Source: Octopus sinensis
Taxonomy: Eukaryota
DNA: 64,000 bases
Assembly (NCBI RefSeq): GCF_006345805.1
Contig: NC_042999.1
Location: forward strand, 34,658,001 to 34,722,000
Direction of reading: 5' to 3'
Shown here: piece by piece, positions 26,642 to 39,802 of the stretch
Numbering within the stretch: the first letter of the stretch is position 1
How the letters are laid out: every line of letters starts with the position of its first letter
The notes under the pieces: model-generated
Databases searched by the model: none
What the model was told of the DNA's origin: nothing
Seen by the model: the letters and a program-made list of their open reading frames with translations, nothing else
Translations under genes and position numbers: made by a program

Positions 26642-28091
26642 CAAAAGAGGGAGAGAATTTTATATTAAAACTGGCTGAGAGTTTGTCTGGCGCCTCAAGT
26701 TTCTCACCGCGACCTGCAAGCGGAACGTGGAATACGGATATTTTTCGCGGTGTATTTACTTCTGTTCTTCCATGGTTAGTTTGCTTCTCTGTTCGTTGGG
26801 GGTGGTCAACCTTGTGGCTTGACATGTATGCCTACGTGTCTATATATATATATGTATATGTGTATACATATACTTAAGTATAACACAACAAAAATCAAAC
26901 CTTATAACACGTACAGAATACAGAATACAGAATACTGGTCAACAAATCACTAAAACCCATGATCAGAACAATACAGAGAATATACATGATAAGAAAGATT
27001 ATGGAAGACTTTAGAATAGATAATTCTCAGGATAGGAATTATGAACGGTAAAATCTTATACACAAACATTTGAACTAATTCAAGTCAGCCAATCTTATTC
27101 AGTTCAACGAAATCAACAATAATAATATAGTAAAAATGTAAACTGGCCTAACGAACAGTTAATGGAGACAGATACAAGCATGAATACCACAATGGGATAT
27201 AACAAATAAACCCCAAATCAAAGAATGACTGCCACAAAAGGACATTGCTAAATTACAGGAAATCCGTCTTTGTTGAGAGCGGAATTGCTGAATTGCTTCT
27301 TTGAATAAAGAAAATGGATCGACTTCAAATCCAATCAATTTTATTCAAGAATTATTTCAAAGTTGAGTAGAATTCAACGCAGCATATCTAACACCAAAAG
27401 AAATAGAATAATTCTGAGATGTATATGTTCGAGATTGCTCAAAATAGCTAATACAGCATCGAGCAATCTTGGAAGTCTGTGTCAACGAAAGAAATAAACC
27501 AATCACTACACAAATCAAACAATTTCAAAGCTCTGAGTAATAATAAAATCCCAAACTTTAGGTTGTCTTTAAAATATGCACAGAGAAAAAGCTAGTAGTA
27601 ACGGTTAGGAAGAGATTATTTTAGATTGAAATAGCATTGAAAGGAAAATCATACTAATACCCAAAACTTAAGAAATGCTAACCCTAAATGGTAGAAAGCT
27701 GTAATATGTCTTCCTACACCATACACAGCATCAGCTATATATATATATATATATTATATGTAGAAAAATACAAACTGGGACAAGAACGTAAAAACATTTA
27801 GAAGACGATACAAAAAACACGGACGGGACATTCGAAGCCTTCAATCTTCAGTCAAGAACCGGATCATCCTAGCAATTTCGGCTGATCAATCTTAAGATCG
27901 CTCCGATCCGGCCAGCTCCAAGAAAAAGTAAGCTGCGAGCATTATATTTCTTGGAAAAAGGATCGAATGTATACGAAACAGGGACAGAAAAACGGGCGAT
28001 GCCACACGAATATAAAATACAAAAAACAATAATGGTAAAAACAGGACAAAAACAGCGGGTGTCTTACGACTAATAGACAGTACAACTAAGG

Positions 28092-28145
<54 letters not shown>

Positions 28146-28180
28146 AAAGAGGGAGTGGTGTTTCCACGCAGGAAAAAATA

Positions 28181-28457
28181 TAGGAATATGTGTTGTTGAA
28201 AATGCACTTAAAGTGTAAAATTAGAAAAACATTGTTATAAGTTTCAATATTGACAAATCAAAATGTTTCAATGTTGACAAACTAAAATTTTGATTTGTCA
28301 ACATTGAAACTTATAACGATGTTTTTCTAATTTTACAATTTTAACATTGATAAACAAAAATATTGTTGAAACTAGTTTGGTATATATGTAAATAAATGTA
28401 TTTTAAACGTTTACGAGCTTTTGAAATATAAGTGCATTTTCAACAACATATTTTCCT
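28181..28457. repeat. Nested inverted repeat (fold-back)
   Basis: Outer exact 20-bp arms 28191-28210 and 28429-28448; inner ~51-bp arms 28214-28264 and 28287-28337. Confidence 0.85.
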
Positions 28458-28837
28458 AGATAATATATATATATATATATAACTAATATTTTTTATAAAC
28501 AAACCCGAAAGGCTTTGCGAGTTACGGAGAGAAAGCTACTATAGATGGCTCATAGTATAATAACTATACAATAACTATATATAATATATACCCTAATATT
28601 TTAATCTCCGATTTTGACGAGACAATTTTTAAATATAAGCAAATTTGACTGAATTGATGGGTGAGCGTTTGGCCAATCACATTCGCAAGGAGCCATGCCA
28701 GCTACGATTTGTGGGTTCGATTCAGCCTGAGGTCAACTCATCACTTTTCGGTCATTTGTGTATATTAGAAAACTGTCGCTTCGAAATCGGAGATTAATAT
28801 ATAATTATGATATATATTATATACAGTCATTGTACCG

Positions 28838-28926
<89 letters not shown>

Positions 28927-28971
28927 TATATATATATATATATGTGTGTGTATGTGTGTGTGTATGTGTGT

Positions 28972-29010
<39 letters not shown>

Positions 29011-29364
29011 TGCGAGTGTATGTGTAAATGTCAATACCGCATTGGTGGATAGAATTTCTTTATTTGGCTATCATTTGTTTCATGTTAAGTAAAAAATATC
29101 TTAATATCTTGACAATGTTTCAAACTGAACACATGGATGAAGGGCGTTTATCATCATGAAACGTTAATCCCCACACATTCTCATCTCTGTCCGTATTTTG
29201 GGGCTTCCCTCTTCGTATTTTCCCTCTCGATCCTTTCTGATGAGGAAACATCAAAGCCTCGAAACATCAAAGACCTTTCCATTCTTCCCGCGTGTTAATC
29301 TAATACACCTGCTTGCTATTCCTTCGCCTGTTTTCGTCGTTTGTTCTCTATAAATTGGAACTAC

Positions 29365-29395
<31 letters not shown>

Positions 29396-30107
29396 ATTAT
29401 ATATATATATATATATATACATCGTGTGTGTGTATATCTATCTATCTTCATGTATAATTGTGCGTGTGTGTGTGTTGTAAAGTTCGTATTACACGAGACA
29501 TCATGTTTCGCCTAAAGGCTTACGCATGTAAGCGTGTGTGTGTCTGTATATGTGTATGTGAGTTCTCTTTTTTTTAACGTTGATATTTTGTTAATACATA
29601 ATTCAATCTCCTCGAATGTGAATTTTAAATATTATTATAGTGACACATAAAATCACATAGGTCTAACGATACAGAAAATTTCTCCTATATGAATTGTCGT
29701 TTTTCCTAAAATAAACGTTCAGTGAAAAACATAATTTTATAACAAATCATTCGATAACTGACAATGTCGCCAAATATCTTGATAAAGACGTTTTCTACTT
29801 GAAATATCCGAACTGTATTTGATTTCATTACCTACCCTCTAAATATAGCCGCTAATTTTTTCTTGTTCGATGCTGACCTTTATAGTTGTATCTTGTAAGT
29901 GTTTGTTATAGACAAAGTGTATCTTACTACATGAAATATACTAATATCAAAAATGTAGTTGATTAAATTACGTTCCTTTGATTAGATCTGACCCATAATA
30001 TTAACCAATTGTGAGTTGTGTCTCATCTGTTTTGGTGTATGATCTCCCTTCATTTTGAAAGGAATATGCATATACCTGGAAGACAAAGAATTAGTATTTA
30101 AAAGTTT

Positions 30108-30182
30108 TCTTCTTCTTCTTCTTCTTCTTCTTCTTCTTCTTCTTTCTTCTTCTTCTTCTTCTTCTTCTTCTTCTTCTTCTTC
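30108..30182. repeat. (TTC)n microsatellite
   Basis: Direct reading. Confidence 0.95.
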
Positions 30183-30989
30183 TTTTCGTCTGTTACATTT
30201 TCCTTCTTTTCCTTCTTTTTCTTCTTCCACATTCTTTTGTTCCACCACCTCGACTCCGTGTATATTCATAAGTATGAAAGAGAGTTTTATGTGTGTGGCG
30301 GGATTGAGTATGTTCCTCGTGCATTCAAAACCGAGTTGCCGTTTCGGGGAAACAAAAGTTTCAGTAGGTTTTTGGCTACCAACTAAACTATATTTTTATT
30401 CACGTATTTTCATCACAAACATTTCACATTATCATTTTTCTTTTAGTCACCCATCGTAAAGGACATTTTATATCACCACTAAAACGACGATGACGTTACG
30501 TTTTCTATGAGTGTGTTCGCGCGTTCTTTACCTATATTTGGTCGATGTCTGACAAGAATATGCGTGTGACTGTTTATGTGTCCGTCAGTATACATATATT
30601 TTTGCGATGACTGACACACACAGGGACACAGATAGGCTTGTGTGTGTGTGTCTTAGTTTATGTATGTAACTTTCTCTGCCCAACAGTGAAACGCACTGAT
30701 ATTGGTAGTTGAGACCTGGACTCAACAACGTTCACTCTCAAGTACTACCAACATGAAGATTTGGGTGATTTAACACCACTCCCAATGCTCGCAAATATAT
30801 CTGAAAAAATGTTATTCTGGTTATTATAACAAATTCCGAAACTATGCTACAGAAAGTATATTTTGCACTATATTTCGTTTCGCTTGAACTTCGTACGTGG
30901 ACATTTTGCAGTTTTTAATATTATGAATCCTTTGTGTGTGTGTGTGTGTTTCTGCGTTCCTTGCATCTATAATAAACTATAGTAAAGAA

Positions 30990-31440
30990 CATTTTACCCT
31001 GTTCTGATGAAGTAGCCATCCTCATGGTTGGTGATCCCCATGAAAATTATGATATTCTCATTCGTGTTGGAGATAACAACCTTAAACGTGTTTCACAGAA
31101 TCATTGCTCTTATCATGCTCTCCAGTATACTCTTATTCTGTACAATGGACAAGATGGGTATCATTTGAATATTTCACGAACTGAACCTGCAAGAGGATAG
31201 CCAATTACAAACAAAAAGGTGTCGTCAAATGAATTCCATTCTTATCAACTGATGTCAAGACCAGAACAATCAAATTAATTACACATGTCAAATATACGTT
31301 ATTTTCATTTACATATTTTCCCACATAATCACTAAGTGATGGCGATTAATTCACTAATTTGCAGAACATATAGATTTTCTTCAACTAATGAATTACAAGA
31401 GAGAGATATCTACAGAATAAACAAACACAAATTAACAGCA
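30990..31440 (+). mobile_element. Helitron RepHel coding relic (region upstream of the Rep domain)
   Basis: DEVAILMVGDPHENYDILIRVGDNNLKRVSQNHCSYHALQYTLILYNGQDGYHLNI...KKVSSNEFHSYQLMSR matches the conserved Helitron stretch DEVA..I...L.R.SE.H.SYD.LQYPL.F..GEDG.H...KVS..FY.Y.LM.R. Contains stops. Confidence 0.8.
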
Positions 31441-31484
31441 GATATTCAAACAAACAAGCACAACAAGTCATTGATAAAGATAGA

Positions 31485-31653
31485 TAGGAGAGTGGCTGTG
31501 TAGTAAGTAGCTTGCTAACCAACTACATGGTTCCGGGCTCAGTCCCACTGCGTGGCATCTTGGGCAAGTGTCTTCTGCTATAGCCCTGGGCCGACCAATA
31601 CCTTGTGAGTGGATTTGGTAGACGGAAACTGAAAGAAGCCTGTCGTATATATG

Positions 31654-31692
<39 letters not shown>

Positions 31693-31896
31693 CTGTGTTT
31701 GTCCCCCTCGCATTGCTTGACAACCGATGCTGGTGTGTTTACGTCCCTGTCACTTAGCAGTTCGGCAAAAAGAGACCGATAGAATAAGTACTGGGCTTAC
31801 AAAGAATAAGTCCCGGGGTCGATTTGCTCGACTAAAGGTGGTGCTCCAGCATGGCCGCAGACAAATGACTGAAACAAGTAAAAGAGTAAAAGAGTA
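31485..31896 (+). mobile_element. tRNA-derived SINE, family C, with internal (TA)(TG) microsatellite
   Basis: Head GGAGAGTGGCTGTGTAGTAAGTAGCTTGCT, TTGGGCAAGTGTCTTCT box, tail GGTGCTCCAGCATGGCC...TGACTGAAACAAGTAAAAGAGTAAAAGAGTA. Second copy at 52.4-53.2k, partials at 5.75k and 61.1k. Confidence 0.9.
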
Positions 31897-32299
31897 GAGT
31901 ATACAACGTAATGAGTGCATTAGGTTTTACCCATACCAAAATTACACGCATTACAAACTAAGTGTACTATATGACTCAGATGCATGCCAGGTATAGAGAG
32001 ACAAACCCTAATCGAAGATTTCAGAAAACGAAAGACAAATCGAACCATAGTAAATCATAAATTGAAACAAGGAACGAAAACTGGGAGAAAATACAGAAAT
32101 GCGATCCCAGAAGATCACTGCAACGATTCTTTGCCTGTCCTCCATCTGACAATCTTGAAAATCTTTAGCTGGATTAATCTCACATAAGAATCACAAACAC
32201 AAGGACTAATAATTATAGTAAGACCCCAGGCCGTCGTACGTCGGAAATGATGTTAGAGTCCGTCATATATATTAGCAATAGAGGCGGTATTAATACTTG

Positions 32300-33450
32300 A
32301 GGTAATATGTATCCCCTTTTAAACGTGGATGCTCAATTAGAACAAACAATAATGTGGTTGTTACCATGAGAGAAACTCTCATATAGTTTTTTTTATATAT
32401 ACAAAAAGCAATCATTTGATTTCGACATCGTTTGGTCTGGTCAATGATGGACACACAACTACTAGAGATGATGTTCTAATAGAACGTCCACGTTGAGGTG
32501 GGGATAAATATTACTTCTCACTAATAATATATATAAAATAAAAAAATACAAGAAAAAAACCTACTGGTTGGCAACACAACTAAAGCATCAATTACCTAGA
32601 TGTATCGCTAGATCTAAATAAGAATATTTATAAACCTTATAGGAAACCCAACGATAGACCTGGTTATAGTAATGTGGGTTCCTGCCATACCCCCATAGTG
32701 TTTAAAAATTTAGTTAAAACCATTAGCAAAAGAATTTCTAGCCTCTCCTCCGATAGGGACATTTTTAATAGCGTTGCCCCAGTATATAATAGCGAGGAAA
32801 TAACATGTACAATTGCCATCAGTCAAATAATATAGAAACGGAAACATAGGAATAGGAAAACTATCTTGTCCACACCCCCTGCTCACCCGAAGTGACCTTT
32901 AATACAGGCAAATATTCCTTAGCACTGATAGATAGACATTTTCCAGTCAACCATAGTTACAGAAAATCAGTTTCAGCTCAACTACTAATTTTAAAAATAT
33001 AATCGCACACAACGCACAAAAACCAAAATATCAAACCAGCTGTTCATGCAGGGATAAACATTTGTGACCGCTAAATGGATCTTCCTTGTCTGAGACCATC
33101 ATTTATGAAGCCACCGTACACTCTATATCCATTAAGTACAAGTTTCGACGAAGAAATACGTGAGCCTTACAGAGGATAATTTCAAGGCCAGGTTCAATAA
33201 CCACACCTTGTGCTTCAGGCACTGGGATAAAAGGAAAACCACCAAATTTCCAGTCATATGTGGTCCTTAAGAGATAAAGGTGTCAGTTACAACATCCAAT
33301 GGAAGACATTAGCCAAGTGTAAGCCCTACACCAACGGCGGTGGAAAATGCGGTCTTTGTGATATGTAAAGATGGCTCATCTGGAAAAGCAGCTTAGACCC
33401 CGCCACATGTCTAAATTCAAGAACTGAAGTCTTCGGATCATATCCACATG
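32300..33450 (+). mobile_element. Penelope-like element relic (RT thumb, linker, GIY-YIG)
   Basis: INYLDVSLDLNKNIYKPYRKPND...KTISKRISSLSS; LIDRHFP; TIIYEATV...KYVSLTEDNFKARFNNH; SHMWSLRDKGVSYNIQWKTLAKCKPYTNGGGKCGLC. Frameshifted. Confidence 0.85.
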
Positions 33451-33629
33451 TGGTTATATATTTGTTACGGTTTTGGTCCCCCCGAGATTACAGATAGGAC
33501 TTGCTTTTTATATTGTGCCCACATACAAGCTTTCTATATCTCTATACTTTTTACGTATATTTCTTATATTTTTTTAATATATGTTTTTACATATTTATAT
33601 AGATATTATTTTATAGTTTTATTGCCCAT

Positions 33630-34110
33630 TTATTTTTTTACACATAATTTTTCTCTATTCTACTTTCCACCCTGCATTTTTCCTGTGCGTATATAGACGT
33701 GTATATAGATTTTTTTGTGCACGCGTGTATATATATATATGCGTGTGTGCGGTTATGCGCATGTATAAACGTGTGTGTGTTCGTGCATGCGAGTATGTGC
33801 GTATATAGACGTGTTTTACTCTTATTGCTTATTTTTTACACCTTTTTTACACATTTTTCTGTATTTTGCCTCTAGCCCTGTTTTTCTTGTTCATTTGCGT
33901 ATATAGACGTGTGTCTGTGTCTGTGTGTGCATATATAGACGTGTGTGAGTATGTGCCTATATTAAACGTGTGTGTGCGTGCATGCGAGTGTGTGCGTATA
34001 TAAACATGTTTTACTCATATTGCATATTTTTTACACTTTTTATACATTTTTCTCTATTTTGCCTCTAGCCCTGATTTTTCTTGTGCATGTGCGTATATAG
34101 ACGTGTACGT
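33630..34110 (+). repeat. Degenerate ~195-bp tandem repeat (3 units)
   Basis: TTTTTTACAC...TTTT(C)TCT.TTTTGCCTCTAGCCCTG.TTTTTCTTGT.CAT.TGCGTATATAGACGTG recurs at ~33634, ~33833 and ~34027. Confidence 0.7.
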
Positions 34111-34523
34111 GTACCTTTTTTGTACGCGTGGGTGTGTATGCGAGCGTGGGTGTGTATGCGAGCGTGTATGTGGGTATGGATATATTTTTTGGTGAATGCG
34201 TGGGTGAGCTTGTGTGTGTTTCCAGTGAGGGTGGATGAGTATATACATATAGGCGCACGCAGGTGGGTGTGTGGGCGCGCATGTGTAAGTATGGACGTGC
34301 GCTTTTATGCGATTACTTTGAACATTTTTACTCCCTTACCTTTACTCCCTCCCCTTAGTTAGCGGTCATTCTAATAGATCTTTTGTCTTAATAATGGTCA
34401 ATCACACAGTAATTTTCCTTTGTTTCAACGGTCATTTTCATAGCACTTTTTTTTATGGCTGGATAACTGAAGAGATGGCGGCGTGGGTTTCTACTCCGAC
34501 ATCCGAAACTCGGATGTCGGAGC

Positions 34524-34678
<155 letters not shown>

Positions 34679-35277
34679 TTCAAAATTTAGGTTAGTTGAA
34701 ATATGTGACAAACATATTTTCGATGTAACGCCGGCATTATTATATTTCCTGCCGACAAAAAACTATGCTTGCACGGTGGATTTGAAAAATTGTAATATAT
34801 AAGCACGTTGCATATGCTGGATTGCCTCGTATTTATATGATTACTCTTGGCGTACCTGTTGATGAAGACTCCGCCTAGCAACTTATTTTATTTGCTACTA
34901 TAGAGTCAGAAACCATGGACCAGGAGATAGATGGTAAATGTTATTAATTTTCATTCCCTTCGTAATTTATCCCTAACAGTGGTTTGGATTTTGGCTATTC
35001 CTTCAAGCTTGCCAGGTATCCTATGATGGTTACCTCTTATGTGTTTAAAAGTACTCTGTATTTATATAAATAATATATTGACTAATTTTTCTACACTCTA
35101 GACCACAAGTAGTAAAATCTTCTAACATATGTTCTTAATCTGATATTATTAACATATATATATATGTGTGTGTGTGTGTATCTGTGTGTATGTATTATGT
35201 ATGTATGTATATAATATATATATATATTATATATATATATATAATATATATATATATAATATATATATATATATATA

Positions 35278-35415
35278 CTTTATTTAAAGCAGCAGAAAAT
35301 TCAACAAAACCTGTTACTCTGAGTTTCCCGTTGCCGTTCATCGGACAGTTTTTTTACGGCAACGGGAAACTCAGAGTAACAGGTTTTGTTGAATTTTCTG
35401 CTGCTTTAAATAAAG
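35278..35415. repeat. Perfect 60-bp-arm inverted repeat with hammerhead-like motif
   Basis: 35278-35337 is the reverse complement of 35356-35415; 18-nt spacer. Confidence 0.9.
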
Positions 35416-35496
35416 CATATTACTCTACCACTGGTATTTGAGTACTCTTTTTTTCCACCTTGTTTCACATTTATGTGTTTACTCCGGTATATATAT

Positions 35497-35570
<74 letters not shown>

Positions 35571-35574
<4 letters not shown>

Positions 35575-37535
35575 GTGAAGGGAAGAAATGGAGCCGAACG
35601 AAGATTCTACAAAATTCCTTTTTATTGTTTTCTACACATGTTTCAAAGGCTGCAATTTCCCAAATTCGGATTGAATAAGGAGACCATTCTGCAGCTTTCT
35701 CTTCAGGAAAATCCAGGAATTTAAAATCTCAAAACAAATGCGCAGCAAGCTTTTCGAACAAAACGCTCCCTAGGAGCCCATGGTAAAAATGGCACAAAAC
35801 TGTCTCTCAATATGCGCTGACGTCAGAGTAGGTGAAGGCCGACGAAAAAATCCGTTGGAATAAACCTAGGTCAAACCACGGTCAAATCAGGTAGGGGAAG
35901 AATCACAGAAAACCCAAAGAGTGTGAATATATTCTGTATAACTAGTGTTAATGTTCAAATTGTTTTAAGAATGACAGCTATCTTATTTGGGTGTGAGGAA
36001 CTACCTACATGTATGTGTGTGTGTATGCGCCTGTATGTGTGGCAGTATGTTAGGAAGCAGCTAGAGAGGAAAATATATTGTATTGTAGGCATTGCTGGTC
36101 AAGCGGCTGATAAAATTCTGTGTCTGTGTGTTCGTCTATGACCAGTTTATATACATTAATGTAGAGAGTCCCAATAACAATTTTAGCAACGGGTTTGACA
36201 ACAGTAGCATTACGGACATTAGCAATCACAGCGATCTCAGTGGCAGGGAATATATAGGTGATATTCCATTAAATAGTATTGATAAGGTGTATAATGTCGA
36301 AGACAGCCGTAGTTCTCACAATCATAATAGTAATAAGAACGCGTGTTAATATCGGAAGCCAATCCCAATAGAATAAGGTTATTATCTAGTAATTCCAAGA
36401 TTAGAAATGCCATTACCAATGCAGAGTTTATACTGGATCGGATGTCTACTCGTATATCGGAGCGTCATCATCAAAATTGGCAGTGAGAATATCGAACCAC
36501 TTCACAACTTTTCGCGATTTTAGAAAACAACACGCTACCGGACTAAGTAAATTAATCTGGCGTTTGAAGAACGCGAATTCAGCATTTAGACTGGAATGGT
36601 CGATTTTATCGGTGGCTGTACCGTTTGATAGGGGCAAAAGAATCTGTAATCTCTGCAACTCTGCACTTTTTCACATTTTGTTCACCCGAGGGCAGCTCGT
36701 TAACGGGATTTTGCAACACTCTTTCAGATGTCCCCACTGGAGGCGACTGACATTTCTTGCATACATTTGAAGCCTAAGATAATTAACACCTTGATGTCCT
36801 AAGAAAAGAAAAAAATTGCTTGGAAGAAATTTGGGAAAAATTTTGAATTAAATTTGAAAGGGGAAATTACTCCCCTTTTAGCGTATGTTCTGCTACTTTT
36901 TTAGAAACAATATCAGGGATTATACTCCCCTTGTTTTTGACAAGTCATCTGTATATAAACTGGTCATAGACGAACACACAGACACAGAATTTTATCAGCC
37001 GCTTGACCAGCAATGCCTACAATACAATATATTTTCTCTCTAGCTGCTTCCTAACATACTGCCACACATACATAGGCGCATACACACACACATACATGTA
37101 GGTAGTTCCTCACACCCAAATAAGATAGCTGTCATTCTTAAAACAATTTGAGCATTAACACTAGTTATACAGAATATATTCACACTCTTTCGGTTTTCCG
37201 TGATTCTTCCCCTACCTGATTTGACCGTGGTTTGACCTAGGTTTATTCCAACGGATATTTTCGTCGGCCTTCACCCACTCTGACGTCAGCGCATATTGAG
37301 AGACAGTTTTATGCCATTTTTACCATGGGCTCCTAGGGAGCGTTTTGTTCGAAAAGCTTGCTGCGCATTTGTTTTGAGATTTTAAATTCCTGGATTTTCC
37401 TGAAGAGAAAGCTGCAGAATGGTCTCCGTATTCAATCCGAATTTGGGAATTTGCAGCCTTTGAAATATGTGTGTAGAAAATAATAAAAAGGAATTTTGTA
37501 GAATCTTCGTTCGCTCCATTTCTTCCCTTCACTAA
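35571..37535 (+). mobile_element. Element with ~585-bp inverted terminal repeats enclosing a GIY-YIG nuclease sequence
   Basis: 35571-36155 is the near-perfect reverse complement of 36950-37535. The ~795-bp spacer contains the GIY-YIG frame at 36405-36770. Confidence 0.85.
36405..36770 (+). pseudogene. PLE-type GIY-YIG endonuclease domain (121 open codons, upstream frameshift)
   Basis: KCHYQCRVYTGSDVYSYIGASSSKLAVRISNHFTTFRDFRKQHATGLSKLIWRLK...LEWSIL...PFDRGKRICNLC matches the PLE consensus IY...YIG...R..NH...F......T.LSK.IW.LK...W.IL...Y....CNLC. No in-frame ATG. Confidence 0.85.
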
Positions 37536-37685
37536 AATATAAAACTTCAATTATCCGCGCTAAAGCACGGGGGCGAAACCCCATGGTGGTAACCTCAACC
37601 GTGTCTTTTCTGTGTGTGTTTTGCTACACAGGTATCGGTTAAATTTTGAATAATCCGTAACAAGATAATTCATTTATCCATTTCA

Positions 37686-37722
<37 letters not shown>

Positions 37723-37836
37723 GTATGTATATGTAAATATATTATTAGTGTTCACGTATACTATATGACTTTAGGTCGTAAAATTGCAAATTAATAACCC
37801 ATATTATTATATATATGCATATATATGTATATAGAC

Positions 37837-37929
<93 letters not shown>

Positions 37930-37952
37930 TAGATAGACAGACACAGACGGAC

Positions 37953-38005
<53 letters not shown>

Positions 38006-38010
38006 TAGAT

Positions 38011-38078
<68 letters not shown>

Positions 38079-39576
38079 CAAAATTCAGCTCTGTTTATGC
38101 AAGGCGATTATATCGTATTATATTAAATGTTGCTGCCGCTTTTCTTCTTTAGCTCGGTGGGTAGCGGGAGATAACAGCGCAAACCGATATACATTATAAA
38201 ATGCCTCATGACATTATTAAACACAGCAGAGATTGGATTGAAGTTGACAAGTATTAAGTGAAATCTTCTTAAATTATATACCAAAACTTCCAACTTGGCT
38301 GCACTACCTAGCTTGTAGTCCAGCTAGGGTTAATCTACATGGCTCGCTTAAGTTCGTCTATATTTAGTGATGCAAATATTCTGGTAGGTTAGCTCACGAA
38401 GCCTTAAAAGTTTCGCTTCTCGTTGTTCGCTTTCTCTCAGTAATGTTGAACTTTTGTTGTTATACAGTATGTTTGAGTATTTCACTTCAAAGTCTTCCAT
38501 GAAATGTGCGAATGAAACCATATAACGTTACAATTTAAATAAACACCCATTTGATGAGATTTCGTCGTGCATTAAATCAACTATAAGTAGTCTTATATTA
38601 TCATTTACTGTTGCCACTTTTTAATCATAATCTCTCCACTATTTACGGCTATATATTTCCATTTAATTTTTTTCCCTAAGACTTCGTACAATGATCGTAT
38701 ATTAAGTTAAAAGGCGATCATTCCTTAGAGGTTATATTATCTTAATCGTTTAAAGCTTAGAACACGAACAATCGTACATTAGATTGTGTGAGAGCTCATT
38801 AAAATTCCATACATTAATCCAAATCCGCATTTAAATTTTCAAATCATGGAAACCATCAGTAGTTTTCAAAAACTTCTATGATCTATCCAAAACCACAGAA
38901 ACGAAAATGGATAATGAAAGGATATTTTACAATCCATGTTAAAGAAAAATTCAAAATAAGGAATGAAACTACGAATATTTTAAACAGGAAATACAAAGCA
39001 AAGTTTAAATACCGTCGTAATAACAACTGAACTCTATAATTATAACAAAACACTTGAACCGATTTAATCACCAGATTCAAGTTATCACTCTGCTGGAAAT
39101 TTCACAATTCCCGATCAGGGTGAGCCTAAACACTAAATTGTTCTAATCTATTTCTCATTCTATGGTGATGGAGTGAATCACAGACGCTAAATATTCTCAA
39201 AGAAGTGAAATTCGCTTCTTAAGTGGACAAAGAAAACTAAAACACAGCAACGATTATTTTCGACTTCTTAGAAAAGAGTTGATAATTTGACGAGATTACG
39301 AGTTTAGACGGGCAATTAAACCGGCTTATGCATACGTACAAATGTATGTGTGTATACGTGTGTATATGTAAGTATCCGTATGCTATTATATATATATATT
39401 TGTAATTATGTACAGAAATCTAGATCTGAGATTATGCAATAATTTTTTGCTAGTTTATTTGTGTATTTGTCTTTTCTCCTGGTGTTGTATGAATACTTGA
39501 TGTGGTTTTAGAGTCAAAGTTTGACTGCTATCAGGGTGGTGTCTTTTAGATGCCCTTAATTATACTTTTAATATAT

Positions 39577-39627
<51 letters not shown>

Positions 39628-39754
39628 TTCTGTCGTGAGAGACTCAATACACCCATAATAGTAACACACGCACAGGTTCAATTTCACTGCTTTATTATTA
39701 ACCATAACAAATGCAAAAACGACGTGTACACACATGCATACACACACACACATA

Positions 39755-39802
<48 letters not shown>

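Noticed and set aside
33630-34110. CRISPR-like or regularly spaced array
   Set aside because: Units are long, degenerate and microsatellite-rich with no unique spacers; eukaryotic context.
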